The notes beneath the pieces are model-generated. The model was not told the origin of the DNA. It did no database searches and saw nothing but the letters and a program-made list of their open reading frames with translations. A program made the translations under genes and the position numbers. Source: a bacterium (lineage in GTDB: Bacteria; RUG730). From it: 64,000 bases of DNA. Shown piece by piece: positions 1 through 10,100 of the stretch (position 1 is the first letter of the stretch; every line of letters begins with the position of its first letter). The stretch is from NCBI GenBank assembly GCA_031551405.1, contig JAVBNQ010000003.1, positions 1 to 64,000 on the forward strand, read 5' to 3'.

Positions 1-1
1 C

Positions 2-340
2 GAGAAGGCAGATATAGAGAGAGGACAAGTAATCTGTGCGCCAAAAAGTATAAAGCCGCATACAAAATTCAAGGGACAAGTGTACATATTGACGAAGGAA
101 GAAGGTGGAAGACATACGCCGTTTTTTAAAGGGTATAGACCACAGTTTTATTTCAGGACAACGGATGTTACGGGGATGGTAGAGTTGCCAGCCGGAGTAG
201 AGATGGTAATGCCGGGAGATAATGTGCAAATGGTAGTAGAGCTAATCACGCCGATAGCGATGGAAAAGGAATTGAGATTTGCGATCCGGGAAGGCGGAAG
301 GACAGTTGGAGCTGGAGTAATTAGCGAAATTATTGAATAA
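2..340 (+). CDS. tuf: Elongation factor Tu, C-terminal part (5' truncated by window edge)
   Basis: Frame open from nt 2: [10 protein letters not shown]...[15 protein letters not shown]...[14 protein letters not shown]...MVMPGDN...[14 protein letters not shown], the EF-Tu domain III signature. Confidence 0.98.
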   Translation, partial: EKADIERGQVICAPKSIKPHTKFKGQVYILTKEEGGRHTPFFKGYRPQFYFRTTDVTGMVELPAGVEMVMPGDNVQMVVELITPIAMEKELRFAIREGGRTVGAGVISEIIE

Positions 341-367
341 TTTTTTAAAAATTTTGGAGAATAAAAA

Positions 368-517
368 ATGAGAGAATTGATTACTTTGGCTTGTGATGAT
401 TGTAAAAATAGAAATTATAATTATGATAAAAACAAAAAAAAGCATACAGAAAAATTAGAGTTGAAAAAATTTTGTAAGTTTTGCAGGAAACAAACTTCGC
501 ATAAAGAAATTAAATAA
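368..517 (+). CDS. rpmG: 50S ribosomal protein L33 (zinc-ribbon type, 49 aa; not in ORF track)
   Basis: Manual translation [49 protein letters not shown]; two CxxC pairs; follows tuf. Confidence 0.96.
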   Translation: MRELITLACDDCKNRNYNYDKNKKKHTEKLELKKFCKFCRKQTSHKEIK

Positions 518-583
518 ATTTTTTAAATTAAGGCACTCTCTACCTTGTTGCGTTTTCTGCGGATTTGAGTTTGACAATTATTT

Positions 584-656
584 AGGCCTGTAGCTCAATT
601 GGTAGAGTAGTGGTCTCCAAAACCATTGGTTGGGGGTTCAAGTCCCTCCAGGCCTG
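584..656 (+). tRNA. trnW: tRNA-Trp(CCA)
   Basis: Acceptor AGGCCTG/CAGGCCT, D arm TAGCTCAATTGGTAGAG, anticodon loop CT-CCA-AA, T loop GGTTCAAGTCC; 3' CCA not encoded. Confidence 0.96.
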
Positions 657-794
657 TTCTTTTTGACGTAATTTTATTGCGCTTTTATGTTTTATCCTCC
701 TAAATATATTTTAGATTTTAAAATTTTATATATATTTTTTTGAACAGGCTTCATAACTAAATTTTTTAAATTATAAAACCGGGATATATTTGGT

Positions 795-1277
795 ATGTCA
801 AAAAATAATTTTAAATTTATAACCAATGAAAAAAGCAATATTCCTTTTAATTACAACGAGACGAAAATTGTAATATTGCCTAGAGATCTGGATACAATTT
901 TTATTTATTGGGATATTTCTAATAGCACAATAGCAGAACTACAATCCAGAAATATAAATCTACACTTTGTCTTAAGGATTCGTAATTCAGACGGAAAAAA
1001 CTTTTACTTTATCAATACGCAACATAATGCAAGAGACTGGTACTTTTCTGCAAGATTTACGAATCTTAGCAAAAAAAACATTGTAGCTGACTTAGGCGTT
1101 TATGATTCTTATGGAAATTTTTTAGTAATTTGCACTTCAAATATTATAAACCTACCAACTAACAACTTACATCAAAAAGACTATAATTACTGGAAAAAAT
1201 TATTGTCAAATAATCAGAATTTCAATCTTACTGAAAATCTTTTCATAAGTTCACGAGAATTAATAAAGAAAAAATAA
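795..1277 (+). CDS. DUF4912-like protein
   Basis: ETKIVILPRD...IFIYWDI...WYF...ADLG...SN pattern; lies upstream of a GH57 gene as is typical for this family. Confidence 0.7.
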   Translation: MSKNNFKFITNEKSNIPFNYNETKIVILPRDLDTIFIYWDISNSTIAELQSRNINLHFVLRIRNSDGKNFYFINTQHNARDWYFSARFTNLSKKNIVADLGVYDSYGNFLVICTSNIINLPTNNLHQKDYNYWKKLLSNNQNFNLTENLFISSRELIKKK

Positions 1278-1311
1278 TAGCCGTTTTTTAGCGACTGTTG
1301 AGAGAGGAGAA

Positions 1312-2910
1312 ATGCAAAAAAAAGGTTATATGGCTTTGGTTTTGCACGCGCATCTTCCGTTTGTAAGACATCCTGAGTATGAGGATTTTTTGGAAGAAGA
1401 TTGGTTTTATGAGGCAGTGACGGAAACGTATATTCCATTAATCGATATGTTCGAGAGATTGACAGATGAGAATATCGATTTTAGGATTACAATGTCGCTT
1501 ACGCCAAGTTTGTGTGCAATGCTTTCTGACGAGCTATTAATAGAGAGATACAAAAATTATTTAAATAAAAGATTAGAGCTTACAGAAAAAGAACTGATAC
1601 GTACAAAAGGAAATGCAGCCCAGAATGCTACAGCTCAAATGTATAACGAGAAATACAAGAAATACAAATTTATTTTTGAGCAAAAATACGATTCTTTTTT
1701 ATTAAATGCTTTTAAAAAATTCCAAGATCTTGGTAAGCTCGAGATAATTACTTGCGGAGCTACTCACGGATTTTTACCTTTTATTCTTGATGATAAAATT
1801 ATTGACGCTCAAATAAAGGTAGCTTGCCGAGAATATAATCGATTTTTTGGCAGAAATCCGAGGGGAATTTGGTTGCCTGAATGCGCTTATAAAGAAGGCA
1901 TTGATAAAATTTTAAAAGACAATGGCATTAACTATTTTTTCCTTGATACTCATGGGTTGATGTTAGGCGAGCCTGCTCCTGAATATGGAGTTTTTGCACC
2001 TATTACTTGTCCAGATTCAAATGTTTTCGCGTTCTCGCGAGATCTCGAAACTTCAAAGCAGGTTTGGAGTAAAGACGTTGGATATCCGGGAGATTTTAGA
2101 TACCGAGAGTTTTATCGAGATTTGGGGTATGATTTGGATTATGAATACATAAAACCTTATTTGCATCAAGATGGAATACGCCGAAATACCGGTTTGAAAT
2201 ATCATAAAATAACCGGTAAAAGCTGTGAGCTTCACGATAAGCACGAATATTATCCTCAAGATGCACTAGAAGCTGCCGCAGAACATGCCGGAAATTTTAT
2301 GTTTAATAGAATAAAACAAATCGAGCATCTAAATTACGAATTAAAAAGGAAGCCTTTGGTCATTGCAACTTACGACGCAGAATTGTTTGGACACTGGTGG
2401 TTTGAAGGTCCGGATTTTATCGAATTTTTCTTTAGAAAAACGTTTTTTGACCAGAATGTTTATGACTTGATTACGCCGTCGGAATATTTGGAAAAAGAAA
2501 AAGACGTTCAGACTGTAAATCCTGCGGATTCATCTTGGGGAGATAAGGGATATTACGAGGTTTGGCTTAATGGGACTAATGACTGGATTTATCGGCATTT
2601 ACACAAAATTTCTGATATTATGACCGAGCTTGCGTCAAAATATAAAGAAAACTCGGATAATCTAAAAATTCGTGCGCTAAATCAAGCTGCAAGAGAGCTC
2701 TTGTTGGCTCAATCGAGCGATTGGGCGTTCATAATGACTAACGGAACAATGACGGAATATGCGATAAAAAGAACAAAGGATCATATCTCGAGATTTTTTA
2801 AGCTTGCAGAATTTATAGAGACAAATAATGTCGACGAATACATTTTGACTGATTATGAACTCAAAGATAATATTTTTCCAAATATCGACTACAAAGTTTA
2901 CGCAAAATAA
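1312..2910 (+). CDS. GH57 1,4-alpha-glucan branching enzyme (DUF1957 type)
   Basis: LHAHLPFV, ETYIPL, GATHGFLP, GIWLPECAY, YDAELFGHWWFEG, QSSDWAF motifs. Confidence 0.93.
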   Translation: MQKKGYMALVLHAHLPFVRHPEYEDFLEEDWFYEAVTETYIPLIDMFERLTDENIDFRITMSLTPSLCAMLSDELLIERYKNYLNKRLELTEKELIRTKGNAAQNATAQMYNEKYKKYKFIFEQKYDSFLLNAFKKFQDLGKLEIITCGATHGFLPFILDDKIIDAQIKVACREYNRFFGRNPRGIWLPECAYKEGIDKILKDNGINYFFLDTHGLMLGEPAPEYGVFAPITCPDSNVFAFSRDLETSKQVWSKDVGYPGDFRYREFYRDLGYDLDYEYIKPYLHQDGIRRNTGLKYHKITGKSCELHDKHEYYPQDALEAAAEHAGNFMFNRIKQIEHLNYELKRKPLVIATYDAELFGHWWFEGPDFIEFFFRKTFFDQNVYDLITPSEYLEKEKDVQTVNPADSSWGDKGYYEVWLNGTNDWIYRHLHKISDIMTELASKYKENSDNLKIRALNQAARELLLAQSSDWAFIMTNGTMTEYAIKRTKDHISRFFKLAEFIETNNVDEYILTDYELKDNIFPNIDYKVYAK

Positions 2911-2911
2911 G

Positions 2912-3385
2912 CTATTTTGCTTCTAGCAAAGCCACGGCTTGACATGCAATCGCCTTTTTCTCGCCGATACTTCCCAATCCTTCATTTGTCGTAGCCTTAA
3001 TCCCAATTTGTTCAGGTTTTATTTTTAATGCATCGCTTAGATTTTTTTTCATTTCGTCAATAAATGGATTGATTTTTGGCTCTTCTGCGACAATCACACA
3101 ATCAAGGTTTACGATTTTAAAATTATTTTTTTCGAGAAGCTTTAAAGTTTCTTTTAATAAAATTATGCTGCTGATATTTTTAAATTTGTCATCAGTATCC
3201 GGAAAATACGTCCCAATATCTCGCAGCCCGGCAGCTCCAAGCAGCGCGTCCATGACTCCGTGAATCAAAACGTCGGCGTCCGAATGTCCGAGCAGGCCTT
3301 TCGAGTTTTTTAGCTCTACTCCTCCGAGAATAAGCTTTCTGCCTTCCACTAATCTGTGAATGTCATATCCAATTCCAATCCTCAT
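2912..3385 (-). CDS. ispF: 2-C-methyl-D-erythritol 2,4-cyclodiphosphate synthase
   Basis: MRIGIGYDIH, GHSDADV, DIGTYFPDTD, KATTNEGLG. Confidence 0.97.
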   Translation of the reverse strand: MRIGIGYDIHRLVEGRKLILGGVELKNSKGLLGHSDADVLIHGVMDALLGAAGLRDIGTYFPDTDDKFKNISSIILLKETLKLLEKNNFKIVNLDCVIVAEEPKINPFIDEMKKNLSDALKIKPEQIGIKATTNEGLGSIGEKKAIACQAVALLEAK

Positions 3386-4089
3386 TTTTTCCCTTCCAAT
3401 TCTTTTGAAATAAAAAAATTTGCCACTTCAAAATCAAACGGAGTTGTAATCTTGAAATTTTTGTAGTCTCCGTCTACAATTTTGATTTTGTATCCGTATT
3501 TTTCGAAAAGCATAGCATCGTCAGTACCATAAAATCCATCTCTTTTTGCCATTTCATAAACTTTTGTGAGAATATTTAAATCGAAAACTTGCGGAGTTTG
3601 AACCAAATAAATACTTTCTCGATCTAACACTCCGTCGCTTAAATTATTTTTTACTTTACGGATCGTATCTTTTGCTCTGACTGCCAGAATAGCACCTGAT
3701 TTTTCATCGCAAGTTTCTATCACTCTTTCAAGGTTTTCTTTGGAAAAAAACGGCCGTACTGCATCATGAATAATTACTTTCCCAGATGTGGATTCCACGA
3801 CTTCTAAGGCATTGTAAACAGAATCCTGACGCTCTTTTCCACCTCTCACAATTTTTAGTGTTGGAAATTTTGATAAAAAGAAGTTTTTATTAGACTCAAA
3901 ATTCTCGTCACAAATCGCAAGGATTGCTTCTTTTAGTTGAATAAAATCGTAAAATTTTTGAAGCGTTATTTCAAGAACAGTTTTGTCTTGAATTTTTGCG
4001 AATTGCTTGCTTTCGCCTGACAAGAATTGTCTGAGTCGTGATCCGGAGCCTCCGGCAGGAATAACCAAAATGTTTTCTTGTTTGTTCAT
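3382..4089 (-). CDS. ispD: 2-C-methyl-D-erythritol 4-phosphate cytidylyltransferase
   Basis: PAGGSGSR, KQF, GGKERQDSV, IHDAVRP, QTPQVF, TDDA, KITTP; overlaps ispF start. Confidence 0.96.
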   Translation of the reverse strand: MNKQENILVIPAGGSGSRLRQFLSGESKQFAKIQDKTVLEITLQKFYDFIQLKEAILAICDENFESNKNFFLSKFPTLKIVRGGKERQDSVYNALEVVESTSGKVIIHDAVRPFFSKENLERVIETCDEKSGAILAVRAKDTIRKVKNNLSDGVLDRESIYLVQTPQVFDLNILTKVYEMAKRDGFYGTDDAMLFEKYGYKIKIVDGDYKNFKITTPFDFEVANFFISKELEGKK

Positions 4090-4163
4090 AAAAATCCTGA
4101 AATTTTAATTTACGTTTTTGTTTTTATAAAAAATTTAGCATTTTTTTGCAAGTTTTCATTTCT

Positions 4164-7100
4164 TTACGCTGCAGCAGCAGTAGCAGCTAGGCCTTTCATT
4201 TCCATGCGTTCTCTTTCTCTCTCTTTTTGCCGTCCAAGCATCGCTTCAACTGTTTTTAATGCTCTATTTCCAAAATGCTTCGTCATGACTTTTGTAACCA
4301 AAATAATTCGCTTTGCTTGACTCAATGCGTCAGTTTTCGTTGCTATATCAAGCACTACTTTATCTCGGAATTTCACGTTGCTTTCAACAAATACGTCGTC
4401 TTTCAGATTCATCGTGGTCTCAACTAACATTCCGAGTTCCTCATCTTTTGCCTCATAAATTGCCGATACTGCGGTAGTTTCTTCTTGAATTTCTAATTGT
4501 TTTGCAAGCTTTGCTTGATCTTCTTCACTGATTTTTTCCCCTTCTTTTTCCAGTCTTGTCACCTCGTCCAAAAATTCTTTTATCTTTGCAAATTCTAGAT
4601 TTTTTAAACGCTCGTTAAGTCCAATGATCAAAGCTTTCAAATCAGGACTCAAAGTTTTCAAAACTTCAAGACTGTAATTCCCGATGACTAGTTTTCCGTA
4701 AGGCGTAACCACTCCAGCTTTCAAAAGATCTAATTGGGCAAGCCTTTGTAAAAATTCATTTGTTTCTAGTGCCGCTAACGTCGATTTTCCACCAACCCAA
4801 CTTATGCTGCTGTCAACTAAATTTCCGTTTAGTCTCAAACTATTCAAATATTTAACTTCTTCTGCGCCAATATAACTCAAATCTCCTCGTAAAATTATTG
4901 CAACGTTTGGTTTTAGCTTACCAAATATACCGAAAATCCCAAATTCTGCATTCACTTTTTGCATTATTTCTTTTAAATTTTTGCCAGGGAATTTATCTAA
5001 CTCGATTATGTACGTTTTTACAGTCGGAATTATTGAATACTCTTCGGCGATTTCTTCCAGTCCAAATTTTTCTAATATTTGTTTTTCGTCGATTTCAAGT
5101 AGTTGTCCGAGTTTTTTTACTTTTTCCATCATTTTTTCCAATTCTATTCTATTTGTCACTTTTACGCTCATGAGTTCGTCCAATAAATCAAAAACACCGT
5201 TTTCTTTAAAAAATAATTTTTGTAAATCTCCACTTACCTCAAGTGCTCTTTTATGAGCTTCTTCCGGATCCAGATTAGCGTTAATCAAATTTTGCTCAAC
5301 TACTTCATGTGAAATCATTTCTTTAATTATTGCTGTTATTTTTTCAATTGCTAGTCTCTCGCCATATTTATGTCTCCATATCTCATATATTTTTTCCAAA
5401 TTATTTACAAATCCTCTCGTCATTATAAGAGTATTTTCCTCAGTTCGTATTACACTTACTCGTTTCCTTCCTTCAAAAATAACTTGAGAGAATCCTGCGT
5501 TTGTTGCAGCATCCTCTATTATTCCTCTCACGCTAGTCGTTTGAATTGTTGTTTCTGGTATTTGTGTTTGTTTTCTCTGCTTCCAAAATTGTTCGAGACT
5601 TGTTGTATCTAATTTACCGGCTATTTTACCCATTCTATCAACATAGATTTTATTGACTCTGTCAACGGCTCCTTGCGCTCCGGTAGAAAAGGCCTTTTCT
5701 TTATTCTTCCAAGAAGTTGCTTTTTTGAATAAAAAACTAGCAGGAGATAAAATGAATTGTAGTGTTGATATTACTAGATTCAATTTCTGTTTAATTCCGT
5801 CGGGTATTAGCTTAGGTTTTATTTTTGATATTATAAAAACAATTCCGGCAATTAAAGTTAGTGTCTTTAAAAGAAAAATTAAATTCAGACTGGGAATAAA
5901 CAGGCCTCCCATTATAAACCTTACTGGTGCTGTTATAAAGTTAATTATTATCTCCATTGCGTTATATATAAATTTTTTAAGTGTCGATACTACAAAAGAA
6001 ATCATAGATAATGACGTTACAATAAAAAGAGAACTTAAACCCGGACTAAGCATTGGAATAATGAGACCTGCGAAAAATATTAACAGAACTAACCCTAACG
6101 CTAAGAATAAAAAAGTAGCAGGATGTGTAAAAATTTTTATTATTAATTCAAATATTTGTTTCACCCTGGTTAAGAAGGAGATTTCTATTGTTGGTAGCTT
6201 CATTTTCTTAAAGCCTGCTTCTGGAACAGCTGTAATATTTCTTAATGCCCAACTTTTTTTCCATAAAGCGAGCAATAAAAAAACATCCTGATGTAGATTA
6301 AGCTTTATTAGTAGTATTATAATAATAATTGCAGGTATTGACGTTAAAATAAAAAATACATTTAAACCGGGAGTAAGTAGGCCTACGAAGAATATTACTA
6401 CAGCTGCAACTAAACATGTAGCAATTATTAATGATATTATTGGCACTAATTTTGGTTTAGAAATACTATTTATAAGTGCTTTAGTATATTCATTATTTGG
6501 TAAATTTTGTAAGATTGCAAGTCCTTTTTTTCTTATCTTAGGGTCGTTATTTTTTAGAATTTTTTCAAAGATGGTATGAGCTATTGCTTGAGTATTTTCT
6601 GATTGGGACATTGTAGTTAAAATTTTAACAGTTAAACCCGGATCTGAACCAGCCATTTTGGCCAAAATGGCAGCAGCTTGGGCTAGACTTTGCTCTGAAA
6701 CAATCATGTCTTGTAAAATCATAATAGCTATATGTGGCTGTGATCCAGTTATTTTTGTCAAAATGGCAGCAGCTTTGTCTGGCTTTAAATCAGCCATTTT
6801 CCCCAAAACTGCAGCAGCCTGAGTTGGTTTTGAAACATACATTTCCGTCCAAATTGCAGTAGCTCGGAGTAAGCCTCGTTGTGATCCAGATATTTTTGTC
6901 AAAATTGCGGCAGCTAAGTCTAGGCCCGTCTCTGAATCAGTCATCTTTCGCAAAGTTTCAACAGATTGTTGGATCCCCTCGCTAGAATCTATCACAAGCA
7001 AAATTTTAGCTGCCAGTTCGAGTTCGTTTTCAGTAATTTTTGTTTTATCTTTTTTTTGTAGATTTTCAAGAAATTTTAAAGCAGACAAATTTAATCCAAT

Positions 7101-10100
7101 ATTGATTAACATTTGTAAAAATTGAGACACGTCTTCTTTTTTTATATAAACTAAATAATTTGATATTTCTTGTATTAAAATTTCCGGAGATGTTGCAGGA
7201 TTCATTCGCATATATTCAATTGTAAGACTATGAGCTTGCTCTTGATTGATTCCAGTATTTATCAGTTCAAACTTGTGCAGCTCATACAAAAGTATAGGGA
7301 ACAAAAAATTGGACCTCAATCCGGACAAATAATAATAAATGCTATTAGGCAACCAGCGATAAGTAAAACTATTAGACAAGAAATAAGTAAAAAAAGTAGG
7401 TAAAGCAGAAGGCAAATTATAAAGGAGTTTTAACATAGAAGGGCTCATTACAATTTGATAATGCCCTGGTTTTTCAGGGTCTAATCGCGTAAAAATAGAG
7501 TGATCGGTACTGTCACTAATAGCAAAAGAGAATTGCTCAGCTTTAAAAACAGTGCCTCCAATTTTATGTTCTGATTGATGCTTTAATACTTGTTTCAAAA
7601 CTGCCGGCAAACTCCTTTTTAAAAATTTTTTTTCGGCTAAAGAAAGAGAATCAATATTGCCCAATCTCAGTTCAGAAGTTTCTTCCACTATGCCGGGAGT
7701 TTGCACATCAACGGGCCCTATCAATTCAGTTGCGATAGGCATTTCTATATTTTTTAATTGCCAATTTTTTTTAAATAATTTGAAAAATAAAAGATTAGCG
7801 GGATGCTTAATAAGCTTTATTATTAATATTCCAGAAACAATTATCGTTAATAACGTTAAAATAAAAAACAAATTGAACCCGGGAGCAAGCAGCCCTAGAG
7901 AAAGTATTGCTACAGCTCCAACAAAACAAATAGCACTTATTAATAACATTATTGGTACTAATTTGGGTTTAGAAATCCTGCTTACAAATGCTTTGGTATA
8001 TCCATTTTTCGGCAAGTTTTCTAATATCTTGTTCCATTGTTTTCTTATTTTTTTATTGGTACTTTTTAAATTTTTTTCAAAAATTTTACTAATTATTGGT
8101 TGGGTAGTTTCTGAATGGGACATTATAGGCAAAATTTTAGTAGCTAAGTCTATATCAGTCAACATGACAGTAACTAGATCCTGATTTGAAAGAGCTATCT
8201 TCGTTATAATTGTAGCAGTTTGCTCCGGACTTGCAGCAGCCATTTTAGCAACAATTTTAGCAACTAGGTCTGGTTTTGAAATCGCCATTTCCTTCAAAAT
8301 TACAGCAGCACCGTCTGATTCTGAATAAGTCATTTTTACCAAGAATTTGGAGGCGTGGACTAGGATTCGATCTGAATCATCCATTATGTCATTATCATCT
8401 ACGATTATGAATTGGATGGTTTCCAAAATTGCAACAGCTCTGGCTGGATCTGAATCAGCTAGTTTCGCCAAAATAGTAGTAGCTTTGGCTAGCCCTCTTT
8501 CTGAGGTAGCCATTTCTACCAAAATATCAGCAGCGTGATCTCGGGTCTGATAATCAGACATTTCCTTCAAAATTGCAACAGCTAGGGCTGGCGCTAAAAC
8601 AGATATTTCTACCAAAATGTCAGCAGCAGATTTGCTTGCACCTGAGTCAGCCATTTTTACTAAAATTGCAGTAGCTCGGCTTACATTCTGCCCAGACATT
8701 CCCTTCAAAATTGCAGCAGCATCGGCTGGCTTTGAAGTAGCCATTTCTACCAAAATGTCAGCAGCTATGGCCGGATCCGAGTCAGCAAATGTAGATGAAT
8801 CTTGATCAGTGTCAACGGCCTCATCACTCTCGTTGGTATCTCTTGATTTTTTGATTTTATTCCGTAATGCCAATAGCAAGGAAGAAACATAATTAATAAA
8901 AGACATTATAAAGCCAAGTGTTTTCTTGATCTCTATTGAAAGATACTGAAGAACCGTAATGTTTTTTATTTCCAAACTTTTTTTCCATAAACTTCTGAAT
9001 AATAAAAAATTATCTTGGCGTACAATAAGGATTATTGTTGCTATTCCAATAGCCATTGTAATTACTGACGTTAAAATAAAAAGCAAATTCAACCCCGGAG
9101 TAAAGAGACCTACGAAGAATATTACTACGGCTGCAATGAGACTGATAGTAATTAGTGATAATAAAATTGAGAGTAACTTAGGTTTAGAAATACTATTTAC
9201 AAGTTTTTCGCTATATTCAACTTTCGGCAAACTTTGTAAGATCGCAATTCCTATTTCTTTTATTTTTTTATCTTGATTTTTTAAAATTTTTTCAAAAATT
9301 GTAGTAGCTATTGCTTGGGTATCCTGTGACAGGGAGATTCTAACTAATAAATCTGCAGCTCGGCTTGGATCTAGCTCAGCCATTTTTGTCACAATAATAG
9401 TGGCTTGGGCTAGTCCTTGACCTGAAAGAGCCATTTTTGCTAAAAGTTTAGCGGCTCGGTCTCTACCGTACTTTATATTATCAGTCATTAGAGTTAAAAT
9501 TTGAAGAGTTTGAGTTAGTTCTGGATCTGAGTCAGTCATTTTTATCAAAATATTAGCAGCTTGTACGAGCCATTGATCTGAACTAGCCATGCTAGCCAAA
9601 ATGGCAGTAGTTTGGATGAGTCCTCGATCTGAGATAGCTATTTTTGTCAAAATGTTAACAGCTTTTTCTAGTCCTTGAACTGAATCAGCCATTGTTCCCA
9701 AAATTGCAGCTGCTTGGACGATGCCTCGTTTTGAACCAGCCATTGTTCCCAAAATTGCAGCAGCTTGGGCTATGCCTTGTTTTGAATCAGCCATTGTTCC
9801 CAAAATTGCAGCAGCTTGGATTAGGCCTTGTTTTGAATCAGCTATTGTTTCCAAAATTGCAGCAGCTTGCACAGGTTTTGTAAGAGCCATCTTCGCCAGA
9901 ATTGCAACAGCTTTGTCTAGTTTTGCAAGAGAGATTTTTTCTATCATAGCAGCAGCATGGGCTGGCTTTGAAAGAGTCATTTCCGCCAGGATTATAGCAG
10001 CTTGCTCTGAACCCATCTCCGCTAAAATTTTTGACCCTTGTTTTAAAGAAAAGCCTAGCGCTAAAATTTTAACAACTTTGGTTTGTACTGAATCAGTCAT

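Noticed and set aside
242..445. 67-aa minus-strand hydrophobic ORF as a possible secE
   Set aside because: Antisense to tuf and rpmG, wrong strand and position, no SecE motif.
571..576. TTGACA as -35 for tRNA-Trp
   Set aside because: Only 7 nt from the tRNA start, leaving no room for a -10 element.
9681..9870. 51-bp direct repeats as a CRISPR array
   Set aside because: Contiguous in-frame coding repeats without unique spacers; no cas genes in the window.
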